Source: Methanobacteriota archaeon
GTDB taxonomy: Archaea > Thermoplasmatota > Thermoplasmata > RBG-16-68-12
Direction: 5' to 3'
DNA: 35,433 bases
Assembly: GCA_005878325.1 (NCBI GenBank)
Contig: VBMR01000135.1
Location: 1-35,433 of the forward strand
Position numbers and translations under genes: made by a program. Position 1 is the first letter of the stretch. Each line of letters starts with the position of its first letter. Of the stretch, positions 26,639 to 33,519 are shown piece after piece. The notes beneath the pieces were generated by a model that saw only the letters and a program-made list of their open reading frames with translations, was not told where the DNA came from and ran no database searches.

Positions 26639-26645
26639 TATTTGA
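26639..26645. promoter_or_regulatory. Single TATA-like element (tatttga / tcaaata) between two divergent start codons
   Basis: It lies ~27 nt from the TrmB TTG start (26615, minus strand) and ~20 nt from the peptide ATG (26662, plus strand). This is the only AT-rich patch in the spacer. Confidence 0.4.
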
Positions 26646-26661
26646 ACTTGTCTCCTACTTC

Positions 26662-26796
26662 ATGGAAGTAGATAACATGGATCCGTCCCAAGCGTCGGAC
26701 CGACCGCGGGAGCAGACGCCGCCGACCTCAGCGGACCGCGGTGCCTGCAACGCGTGTTGCGCGTCCTCCTGCTGCGCCTGTTGCTGCTGCGGTTAG
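26662..26796 (+). CDS. 44-aa Cys-rich micropeptide (9 Cys in the last 16 residues)
   Basis: My own translation gives MEVDNMDPSQASDRPREQTPPTSADRGACNACCASSCCACCCCG*. It has its own TATA-like element upstream, a second in-frame ATG at 26677, and a hairpin 19 nt after the stop codon. It sits in a 288-nt gap otherwise free of genes. Confidence 0.5.
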   Translation: MEVDNMDPSQASDRPREQTPPTSADRGACNACCASSCCACCCCG

Positions 26797-26815
26797 AGGA
26801 CCAACTTCCTTCCTA

Positions 26816-26838
26816 GGAGGCGCCCGCGGAGCGCCTCC
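26816..26838 (+). terminator. GC-rich hairpin (8-bp stem ggaggcgc/gcgcctcc, 7-nt loop) followed by a pyrimidine-rich tract
   Basis: Read directly: ggaggcgc ccgcgga gcgcctcc, followed by cctctttctcagtctcgtttcg. Confidence 0.4.
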
Positions 26839-26903
26839 CCTCTTTCTCAGTCTCGTTTCGGCCGAGAAGCTCAAGTGGAGCGGCAACCCTGCGTGGCCGG
26901 CAT

Positions 26904-27365
26904 ATGGCGACGAATCCCCCTCGGACCGCCTGCTACTTCGACGGCGCATGTCCGCGGAACCAATTCGGGACGAAGGGTCCGATGAAGGCGGCGTACGTCG
27001 TGGATGGCGTCGGAACGGTCCGCGACGTGGACGACCTTGAGACGTCCACCGGACGAATTCGAAGCAACAACGTCGCAGAGTACCAGGCGTTGATCCTCCT
27101 GCTCGACCACCTGCGCAAGAGGGACCAGGCGCTCGCCGCCCGCGGGCGATATCGGATACACGGCGACTCTCAACTCGTCGTCCGCCAGATGGTTGGCGAG
27201 TATCGGGTGACGCAACTGCACCTGCAGATGCTTCATGCAAAGGCGACGGATCTCGCCGCCGTCCTCGACGTCGAATTCCGATGGATCCCCCGGGGCGAGA
27301 ACCCGGCGGGACGCCTGCTCGAAACGAAAAATCGGCGCGACAAGAAAGCCACCAGGGAGAATTGA
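26904..27365 (+). CDS. rnhA: Type 1 ribonuclease H (RNase HI)
   Basis: CYFDGACPRNQ...NNVAEYQALILLLDHL...IHGDSQLVVRQMVGEY...FRWIPRGENPAGRLL matches the D-E-D-D RNase HI motif order (FDGA, N.AEY.AL, GDS.L, W.PR..N..A). Confidence 0.8.
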   Translation: MATNPPRTACYFDGACPRNQFGTKGPMKAAYVVDGVGTVRDVDDLETSTGRIRSNNVAEYQALILLLDHLRKRDQALAARGRYRIHGDSQLVVRQMVGEYRVTQLHLQMLHAKATDLAAVLDVEFRWIPRGENPAGRLLETKNRRDKKATREN

Positions 27366-27419
27366 ACTCCCGACCTGCCGCTTACAAGGCGGCTGCTCTA
27401 CCGACTGAGCTATGGTGGC
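27347..27419 (-). tRNA. tRNA-Thr (anticodon UGU), no intron, CCA not encoded
   Basis: Folded by hand: GCCACCA UA GCUC AGUCGGUA GAGC A GCCGC CUUGUAA GCGGC AGGUC GGGAG UUCAAUU CUCCC UGGUGGC plus discriminator U. All four stems are Watson-Crick paired. Confidence 0.9.
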
Positions 27420-27441
27420 GTGGCGAGTCCATGGACCGTTG

Positions 27442-27452
27442 TACTAAAATGG
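27442..27452 (-). promoter_or_regulatory. TATA-like box (ccattttagta) about 28 nt upstream of the tRNA-Thr 5' end
   Basis: Its position and AT-richness fit an archaeal promoter. Confidence 0.45.
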
Positions 27453-27549
27453 TTTCCTCGCTTTGGACACCGGGAGTCAACACGAAAAGTCTCATTTTCG
27501 GAAATCAAGGAAAAGGCTTTATTCGAGCCACCCGGCCTCGGCAGCCCGC

Positions 27550-28929
27550 GTGAGCGGTCTCCCGTGTCCAAACTGCGGTAGCGAGTTGGCGCTCCTCGCG
27601 CAATACCAACGGCACTATTGCTATGCTTGCGGGAAATACGCGCCGGAAGGCTTCGGAGACCGAGGCGCGAAACGATGCCCGACCTGCACAGGCATCCTGT
27701 CCTACGTCGTCCAGTATGATCGGTACTATTGCTACCGTTGCAACGCCTACCCACCCGAGGGCGCGTTCATGGAGTCGCCGACTCCGACCGGTTCACAGAC
27801 GGCCGCGGAACCGGCGACCAGTTCGACGGCCCTGGTCGTCCTCGAACCCGCGAGCTCACAGGAGCCGGCCGCCAGCATGGCCTCGGTCGAATCGCCGCAT
27901 TCCGGCGGGCAAGCCGTAGAAGAGGAGATCCGACCGGAGGGGACCGGACCGCAGAAATCGAAACGCCCGCTGGACCGGGAGGAAATCACGACGGCAAAGA
28001 AGCCGCTCCTGATGGCATTGTGCAGAGACTACGATCTCGACGCCGATGGCACTCGGGAGGAACTCCGCCAGCGATTACTGAGCTACCTCGATCAGCTCGA
28101 AGGACCGAGTTCGTCAGAGGCTCCGGTCGAGACATCTGCGACGGAGGAGCAACCGTTTTCGGAAGAGACCGAGTCGCAGACGGTCGCGTCTGCCTCTTCG
28201 GAGGAAGAGGGGGTCCGTGAGGGGCCAGTCGAACGGGCTGAGCCAGAGGTCGTCGAATTACCGGAGGAAGGACACCCGTCAGGCCCGTCAACTTCGACGA
28301 GCACCTCCACGGTCGAAACACACCCCATGGAGCCGATGCGCGAGACGTTCGACCAACCCGCGATCCCCGCAACTCCTTCCCGCGAGCCGACCCCAATCGA
28401 AGTCCCGGTCCACCCCACGGCGAGGGTGGAGCATCCATGTCCGACATGCAGTCGGGCCCTCACATTCATCCAACGATATGACCGCTGGTACTGCTATTCG
28501 TGTCGCGCCTACGCGCCGCGCACGAAAGCGAAATTCGCGTGTCCGAACTGCGGCGCATCCCTCCGATGGATCATGCAGTATAGCCGGTGGTGGTGCGACG
28601 CCTGTCGTCGATACGCCCCGGCGGACCTGCCGAAGCCCGAGCAAGCCGCGGTCCAGACGGCTCCGGCCCAAGCTGTCACCCCACGAACGTTCGCGGGGAC
28701 GGCGGCCGTGCATCGCCACCAAAGCCCCGGAAGCGGGATCGGCCTGGTCACCTTCGGATTGCTCTTGTTCGTTATGTACGAGGTCCTCGTCGATCTGCCG
28801 ATCGTCCTGTCCGTGAATACGGGACTCGATGTCGCGCCGGACGTCGCCTTCGGCCTCCGCTTCTTCGCGTTCCTTTTCGTCGCGATTGGCGCGATTCTGG
28901 GCTTGACAGCGATTCGGGACCGGCGCTGA
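27550..28929 (+). CDS. Membrane-anchored protein with four copies of a CPxC..QYxR[YW][YW]CxxCxxYAP zinc-ribbon repeat, a SAP motif, acidic/Ser-Pro linkers and two C-terminal TM helices
   Basis: The repeats are CPNCGSELALLAQYQRHYCYACGKYAP, CPTCTGILSYVVQYDRYYCYRCNAYPP, CPTCSRALTFIQRYDRWYCYSCRAYAP and CPNCGASLRWIMQYSRWWCDACRRYAP. The SAP-like segment is LLMALCRDYDLDADGTREELRQRLLSYL. The TM helices are GIGLVTFGLLLFVMYEVLVDLPIVL and FGLRFFAFLFVAIGAILGLTAI. The preferred start is the GTG at 27550, ~28 nt after a tttatt box. The track ORF begins at 27463. Confidence 0.7.
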   Translation: MSGLPCPNCGSELALLAQYQRHYCYACGKYAPEGFGDRGAKRCPTCTGILSYVVQYDRYYCYRCNAYPPEGAFMESPTPTGSQTAAEPATSSTALVVLEPASSQEPAASMASVESPHSGGQAVEEEIRPEGTGPQKSKRPLDREEITTAKKPLLMALCRDYDLDADGTREELRQRLLSYLDQLEGPSSSEAPVETSATEEQPFSEETESQTVASASSEEEGVREGPVERAEPEVVELPEEGHPSGPSTSTSTSTVETHPMEPMRETFDQPAIPATPSREPTPIEVPVHPTARVEHPCPTCSRALTFIQRYDRWYCYSCRAYAPRTKAKFACPNCGASLRWIMQYSRWWCDACRRYAPADLPKPEQAAVQTAPAQAVTPRTFAGTAAVHRHQSPGSGIGLVTFGLLLFVMYEVLVDLPIVLSVNTGLDVAPDVAFGLRFFAFLFVAIGAILGLTAIRDRR

Positions 28930-28974
28930 GCCCCCAAAGGTTCTTCCCTCTCCGGGCGTTCGACGCGCCCTTCC

Positions 28975-29991
28975 ATGCGTCTCCAGCAAGTCGTGAAGGA
29001 GGAGCGAAGGCCGCGGGATTTCGATCCGCGCGCCTACATTTCCACGTGGACGGAGAAGGACCTCCTCCATGGAAAGGTCGTGGACGCGTGGGTCATCATC
29101 TTCCGCACAAGGGGTTGCTATTGGGCCCGTGCGAGCGGCTGCTCGATGTGCGGCTACGTGAACGACGTGGCCCAGGAGGTCGCGCCGTCCGACCTCCTCC
29201 ACCAGCTCGACACCGTGCTGGCGAGGCATGAGTCCCAGCCGATGGTCAAGGTCTACACGTCCGGGAATTTTTTCGATGACCACGAGGTCGTCCCGGAGGT
29301 CCGGAACCGGATCCTCTCGGAACTCGGGGATCGATGCGACAAGGTGATCGTCGAGACCCTGTCCCACCTGCTCCGCCGCAATCACCTGGAGCAGGCCCTG
29401 GAACATGTCGACGAGCTCGAGATCGCCTTGGGCCTGGAGTCCACGGACGAGCGGGTCCTGCGATACGCCGTGAACAAGGTGTGGGGACTCAAGGAACACG
29501 CCCAGGCGGCGGGCCTCGCGCGAGAGGCGGGAGCCACCGTCAAGACGTATCTCCTCCTGAAGCCGCCGTTCCTGACCGAACGGGAGTCCATAGAGGATGC
29601 GATCCGGTCCAGCCACGATGCGGACCCCCACAGTGACACAATCTCCATCAACCCGGTGAACGTGCAGAGCCGCACGATCGTCGACCGACTGTTCCGTCGC
29701 GGCGAGTATCGGCCTCCTTGGCTCTGGTCGGTCGTCGAGGTTCTTGAGCGCACTCGAGACTTGCGGGCCCACGTGAAGTCCCATCCCACGGCCGCCGGCA
29801 TGGCCCGCGGGGCACACAACTGCGGGAAGTGCGACCGCCGGATCGCGAACGCGATCGAGGAATTTTCGCTGGGTCTGCGGCGGGACTTCGACGACCTCTC
29901 GTGCGATTGCAAAGGAGTCTGGCGTGCGTATGTCGCGGCCCAAGAGTTCATGCTGAGCCCGGCAGACCCGTTCGCGACCCTCGAGACGTAA
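28975..29991 (+). CDS. Radical-SAM protein of the RaSEA type (TIGR01210-like, archaeosine tRNA modification)
   Basis: WVIIFRTRGCYWARASGCSMCGY is the characteristic Cys cluster of this family. The rest is a TIM-barrel-like radical-SAM body (KVYTSGNFFD, ALGLES, KTYLLLKPPFLTE), with C-terminal CGKC..C.C cysteines. Confidence 0.7.
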   Translation: MRLQQVVKEERRPRDFDPRAYISTWTEKDLLHGKVVDAWVIIFRTRGCYWARASGCSMCGYVNDVAQEVAPSDLLHQLDTVLARHESQPMVKVYTSGNFFDDHEVVPEVRNRILSELGDRCDKVIVETLSHLLRRNHLEQALEHVDELEIALGLESTDERVLRYAVNKVWGLKEHAQAAGLAREAGATVKTYLLLKPPFLTERESIEDAIRSSHDADPHSDTISINPVNVQSRTIVDRLFRRGEYRPPWLWSVVEVLERTRDLRAHVKSHPTAAGMARGAHNCGKCDRRIANAIEEFSLGLRRDFDDLSCDCKGVWRAYVAAQEFMLSPADPFATLET

Positions 29992-30030
29992 CGTTCATAG
30001 GAGCCACGAAGTTCGGGACATCCGATTGCG

Positions 30031-30351
30031 ATGCGCGAATACGAACTGAAGCGAGGAGTCGCGAAGGCGCTCGAAGGAGGCGGACTGCGCGCGATCGCCC
30101 ATCAGACGTTCGCGGATGTCGGCGAGGAAGGAAACCGAATTACCGTGTCTTTTGGGGCGATTGAGAAGATGACCGCCTGGACGGACGGTAAGAAGCTCTT
30201 CGTCGACACGGTCATGAAGGCAGGCGTCCCGGATCACGTCGCCACGGAGACGATCAAGGCCTACAACTCGTTCCTCGAGCAGGCCACGGGGTACACGGCG
30301 AAAGAACGGAGCAAGAAGGCGCAGGAAGCCGCCAAAAAAGGCGCCCACTGA
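30031..30351 (+). CDS. Small conserved-looking hypothetical protein (106 aa)
   Basis: The translation is protein-like: MREYELKRGVAKALEGGGLRAIAHQTFADVGEEGNRITVSFGAIEKMTAWTDGKKLFVDTVMKAG... I cannot name a family with confidence. Confidence 0.6.
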   Translation: MREYELKRGVAKALEGGGLRAIAHQTFADVGEEGNRITVSFGAIEKMTAWTDGKKLFVDTVMKAGVPDHVATETIKAYNSFLEQATGYTAKERSKKAQEAAKKGAH

Positions 30352-30497
30352 GGCGCGAGGTTCGCGCTCCTAGGGAGATCGAGGCGGACCTGGCGCGATG
30401 GATCTAGCCGGCGAGGGCTGCGTTGGACCCGCTCGGTTGGCGGGGCTCTCGCTCAAGCTCGGAGGCCGGAACGCAGGCCGAAGTGCGCCACGGGGGT

Positions 30498-30806
30498 CTA
30501 GCCGAACAGCGCACCCAGACCTGCGGCCGCCTCTTCCTCCGAGACTTTCTCTTCTTCCTTCTTCTCCTCTTTCTTTTTCTCTTCCTTCTTCTCGGGGGCG
30601 GGCGCGGCTGCCGGGGCGGGGGCGGGCACGGCGACGGCGGCCTTCAGGGCCTCGTCGATGTTCACGCCTTCCAGGGCGGCGGTCAGGGCCTTCACGCGGG
30701 TCTCGTCGACCTTCACGCCGGCGGCGGTGAGGACCTTTTTCAGGTTCTCCTCATTCACCGGCTTCCCGGCCGCGTGTAGGACCAGCGCTCCATACACATA
30801 TTCCAT
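30498..30806 (-). CDS. rpl12: Ribosomal stalk protein P1 (aL12)
   Basis: [26 protein letters not shown]... followed by an Ala/Pro hinge, KKEEKKEEE, and the C-terminal GLGALFG. The Shine-Dalgarno sequence ggaggtga (30813-30820) lies 6 nt upstream. Confidence 0.95.
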   Translation of the reverse strand: MEYVYGALVLHAAGKPVNEENLKKVLTAAGVKVDETRVKALTAALEGVNIDEALKAAVAVPAPAPAAAPAPEKKEEKKKEEKKEEEKVSEEEAAAGLGALFG

Positions 30807-30823
30807 CCGTTGTCACCTCCTTT

Positions 30824-31714
30824 TCACTCCGTCGATCCGCTTGGTGAACCACGACTCTCGTCGGCCGCTCCGGGCACGCGCGCGGCAAGGACGAGCATGT
30901 GCGATTGGGCCTTCGCCAGGAGAAACTTGATCGATTCCTTCGTCGGGAACTCAGATTCTACCGCGAGGTTCAAGGCGTTGCTGTGAGCCCTCGCGAGGAG
31001 CGGGCCGATCGTCACCTTCGTGGGATATGCGGCGGCGAGTGCGAGGGCGAGTGCCTCCCGTCCCACCTGGGCGATTTGGCCCCGAATCATCGCCTCGTCA
31101 ATCGCGAGCGTCTCGCGGCGGAAGACGGTGCCCGCTTCGTAGGCGCCCCGGAGGTCGAGGCCGACGACGAGCGGGTAGATCTCCAAGCGCGCGAGCTGTT
31201 GCGCGACCTCCCGCGGGATTCGTTGCCCTGTCTTCACGAGGAGCTTGTCCTGCTTAATCACGACCTTGCCGCGTTCGATCGCGGCAGGGACGCCCGCCTT
31301 CTGCAACTCGCCGACGACCGGGCCGGGCTTGAAAGGCGTTTCTCCCGCGCGGACCCAAAGGTCCTCCGGTGCGATCTCCCCACCCCGCGCGGGGGCGCGG
31401 GTCTTGGTCGACTCGAGTTCCCGGTACAGACGGAAGGGGTTGAGGTCCGCCGTGACGACCGCCGTCTGCCCCTCGATCGTCTCCCCGAGCTTGACAAGGT
31501 CCGGCTTCTTCGCGCTTGCCTTCTCCAACGCAAGGCGGAGGAGATTGTTTTTCACGACCATGATCGTCGCCCGGCCTCTCAGCTTCTTCCGGATCGCCTG
31601 AAATTGCGGGGCCGGAATTCCATGGACGTTGACGATCCCGATGACCCGCGCTTGGGCGCACCGGGATGCGAGGTCCTCCACCAGCCGGTTCTTTTGCGGG
31701 GCAACATGGGCCAT
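30824..31714 (-). CDS. rpl10: Ribosomal stalk protein uL10 (P0), apparently without the acidic C-terminal tail
   Basis: MAHVAPQKNRLVEDLASRCAQARVIGIVNVHGIPAPQFQAIRKKLRGRATIMVVKNNLLRLAL is the typical P0 N-terminus. The protein ends ...AADESRGSPSGSTE*, 17 nt before the rpl12 start. Confidence 0.9.
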   Translation of the reverse strand: MAHVAPQKNRLVEDLASRCAQARVIGIVNVHGIPAPQFQAIRKKLRGRATIMVVKNNLLRLALEKASAKKPDLVKLGETIEGQTAVVTADLNPFRLYRELESTKTRAPARGGEIAPEDLWVRAGETPFKPGPVVGELQKAGVPAAIERGKVVIKQDKLLVKTGQRIPREVAQQLARLEIYPLVVGLDLRGAYEAGTVFRRETLAIDEAMIRGQIAQVGREALALALAAAYPTKVTIGPLLARAHSNALNLAVESEFPTKESIKFLLAKAQSHMLVLAARVPGAADESRGSPSGSTE

Positions 31715-31726
31715 GGACGATTCACC

Positions 31727-32347
31727 TCAGAGGTACCGCACGGCCGGCCCCATCGTCGTCTTGACGTAGGCCGATTGGATGTTGAAACGGCCCCGCTCGA
31801 GTTTTCCGATCACCCGGCGCATGAGAGCGTCCAGATTCTCGGCCAAGTCCTCCGGGGGCATATCGCGCGTCCCGATCGCGGCGTGGAACGTCCGCTTATC
31901 GCGGCTCCTCACCCGGACCGTGTTCCGCATCGAGTTGATCAGGTTCGTCAGGTCCGCAGTCGGTGGCACGGGTCGGGGCATGCGTCCCCGTGGCCCGAGG
32001 ACGACGCCAAGTCGCTTCCCAATCACGGGCATCAGCGGAGCCTCGGCGATGAAGAAGTCGTAGGCCGTTGCGAGCGCGCGCGCCTTCCGCTTGTTCGAGG
32101 CGTATTCCTCGATTTCCTGCGGTTGGATGACGATGTCCGCGATGTTCCGCGATTTGAGCGCCAACTCTCCGGAGGCGAACACCGCAATCCGGATCGGCTT
32201 GCCCCGCCCCTTCGGGAGGACGATGTCTTCCTCGACGCGGTTCTTCGGCACGGAGAGATCCACGTCGCGAAGATTCACGGCGACTTCGATGGACTCGCTG
32301 AACTTCCGGGGCTTCGCGGCCTCGAGGAGTTTCTTGATCGTGTCCAC
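31727..32347 (-). CDS. rpl1: Ribosomal protein uL1
   Basis: DTIKKLLEAAKPRKFSESIEVAVNLRDVDLSVPKNRVEEDIVLPKGRGKPIRIAVFA...GPRGRMPRPVPPTADL matches uL1. The preferred start is the GTG at 32347, because the upstream part of the track ORF looks non-coding. Confidence 0.9.
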   Translation of the reverse strand: MDTIKKLLEAAKPRKFSESIEVAVNLRDVDLSVPKNRVEEDIVLPKGRGKPIRIAVFASGELALKSRNIADIVIQPQEIEEYASNKRKARALATAYDFFIAEAPLMPVIGKRLGVVLGPRGRMPRPVPPTADLTNLINSMRNTVRVRSRDKRTFHAAIGTRDMPPEDLAENLDALMRRVIGKLERGRFNIQSAYVKTTMGPAVRYL

Positions 32348-32552
32348 CGAATGCTTTTCCGCCAGGGAAGATCGCCTCCTGCAGTGCGAGCGGCCAACCG
32401 TGCCTCCTGCGAGAGAAGGGCGACGAAAGAGGGTGAGCCTAATAAGGTTTCTGGGACGCACCCCCTCGTTTTTTGTCTCGCGGCGCGTCGTCTTGCGAGG
32501 AGTTCGGGAGGATTTCCCGACTCGCGCTCTGCGGGGATGGGACGTCCTTCCT

Positions 32553-32577
32553 CGTTATCATCCCGCCGATGATAACG
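32553..32577. promoter_or_regulatory. Perfect 10-bp inverted repeat CGTTATCATC-N5-GATGATAACG upstream of the second TrmB-family gene
   Basis: Read directly. It lies ~10 nt upstream of a cttttgtaag TATA-like element and ~35 nt upstream of the GTG at 32612. Confidence 0.5.
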
Positions 32578-32611
32578 CACGCAATGCTTTTGTAAGAGGC
32601 CCTCCGTCGCG

Positions 32612-33430
32612 GTGGCGATGAAAGAGGAGGAGGTCTTGCGGGCCCTCGAGACTCTGGGCCTGACGGGCAAGGAGGCCCGCGCCTACCTCGGCCTCCTCGA
32701 GAGGGGGATCTCGACCGCGCAACAGGTGAGCCAACTCCTCGGTGTCCAGTATCCGGCCGTCTATCGCATCCTGCAGTCGTTGGAGTCGAAGGGCTGGATT
32801 GAAGTGTCTCAGGACCGTCCGAACCGATACCGAGCCCGGGCGCCGCGGATCATGGCGGAGGAGGCGCGCCAGTCTCGGGAAGAGAGCCTCGTCGCCTCCG
32901 CCGAAACGGTGGCAGAACTCAAGGAAGCGACTCCCTCGAAGGAGCGGTCGACGGATTCGGATCTGTGGATGTATAAGGGGGCCGAAGCCATCGGTCGGAA
33001 ATTGCGAGAGATCGTGCTCGCGAGCAACCGGCAAATTCTGTGCGCGAGTCCCTTTCCGGTCGCTCCGGAAATCCTGCGGCTGTTGTTCGACATCCTCGGG
33101 CGGTCCCGGCGGACCGTGCGCGCGGTGTTGAACGAGGCGAACCGTGCGGACTTGGCAGAGATTGGAGGCCTCCTCGGCCGAAACGTCCGGGTCCGCTTCC
33201 AGTTCCCGGCCCGGCACCTCCCTAAGACGCGCCTCGCGCACACGTTTGTATTCCCGAGCGACGAGGAGGTTTTCATCCTCAACTCGTTCTACCGGAACGG
33301 CACGTTCGTCGCGGACAAGCTCCACGGTCTCTGGGTCGGCGACATGGACTTCGTCCGGATGCAACTGGAGGCCATGTTGCTGGACTTGTCCCAACCGCGA
33401 GAAACGCGGGCCCTTCCCCGACCCGCCTAA
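32612..33430 (+). CDS. TrmB-family transcriptional regulator, inserted between rpl11 and rpl1 on the opposite strand
   Basis: EEEVLRALETLGLTGKEARAYLGLLERGISTAQQVSQLLGVQYPAVYRILQSLESKGWIEVSQDRPNRYRA is the canonical TrmB wHTH, followed by a TrmB-like C-terminal domain. An alternative ATG start lies at 32618. Confidence 0.85.
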   Translation: MAMKEEEVLRALETLGLTGKEARAYLGLLERGISTAQQVSQLLGVQYPAVYRILQSLESKGWIEVSQDRPNRYRARAPRIMAEEARQSREESLVASAETVAELKEATPSKERSTDSDLWMYKGAEAIGRKLREIVLASNRQILCASPFPVAPEILRLLFDILGRSRRTVRAVLNEANRADLAEIGGLLGRNVRVRFQFPARHLPKTRLAHTFVFPSDEEVFILNSFYRNGTFVADKLHGLWVGDMDFVRMQLEAMLLDLSQPRETRALPRPA

Positions 33431-33519
33431 GGGCCGTCCACACCGCGACGAACGCGATCTCACCCGGGCTTTTCAAAAGGTTCGGGCACTCCAAACCGCG
33501 GTGGGCATCGCCGGAGGGC

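Noticed and set aside
28288-29943. 551-aa minus-strand ORF. Similar long shadows lie at 15449-17209(-), 30899-32572(+), 20638-21753(-), 21434-22552(-), 8518-9957(+) and 23760-24797(+).
   Set aside because: Each is antisense to, or out of frame with, a gene that has strong family signatures (RaSEA, GT-C/GT4, ribosomal proteins, GT4, gmd, KaiC-like ATPase, proline dehydrogenase). They are GC-driven open frames.
28975-29991. Radical-SAM gene as a possible maturase (SCIFF/ranthipeptide-like) for the Cys-rich peptide 2 kb upstream
   Set aside because: Its Cys cluster and overall layout (RTRGCYWARASGCSMCGY) match the RaSEA/TIGR01210 tRNA-archaeosine family, not SPASM-type peptide maturases. It is separated from the peptide by RNase HI, a tRNA gene and a large unrelated gene, and it has its own transcription unit.
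32348-32461. Upstream extension of the rpl1 ORF, or a structured L1 autoregulatory leader (repeated gcaggaggc motifs)
   Set aside because: The extension translates to non-protein-like sequence (MRPRNLIRLTLFRRPSLAGGTVGRSHCRRRSS). An L1-binding mRNA mimic of the 23S site is plausible in principle, but I could not identify the conserved L1 recognition structure by eye.
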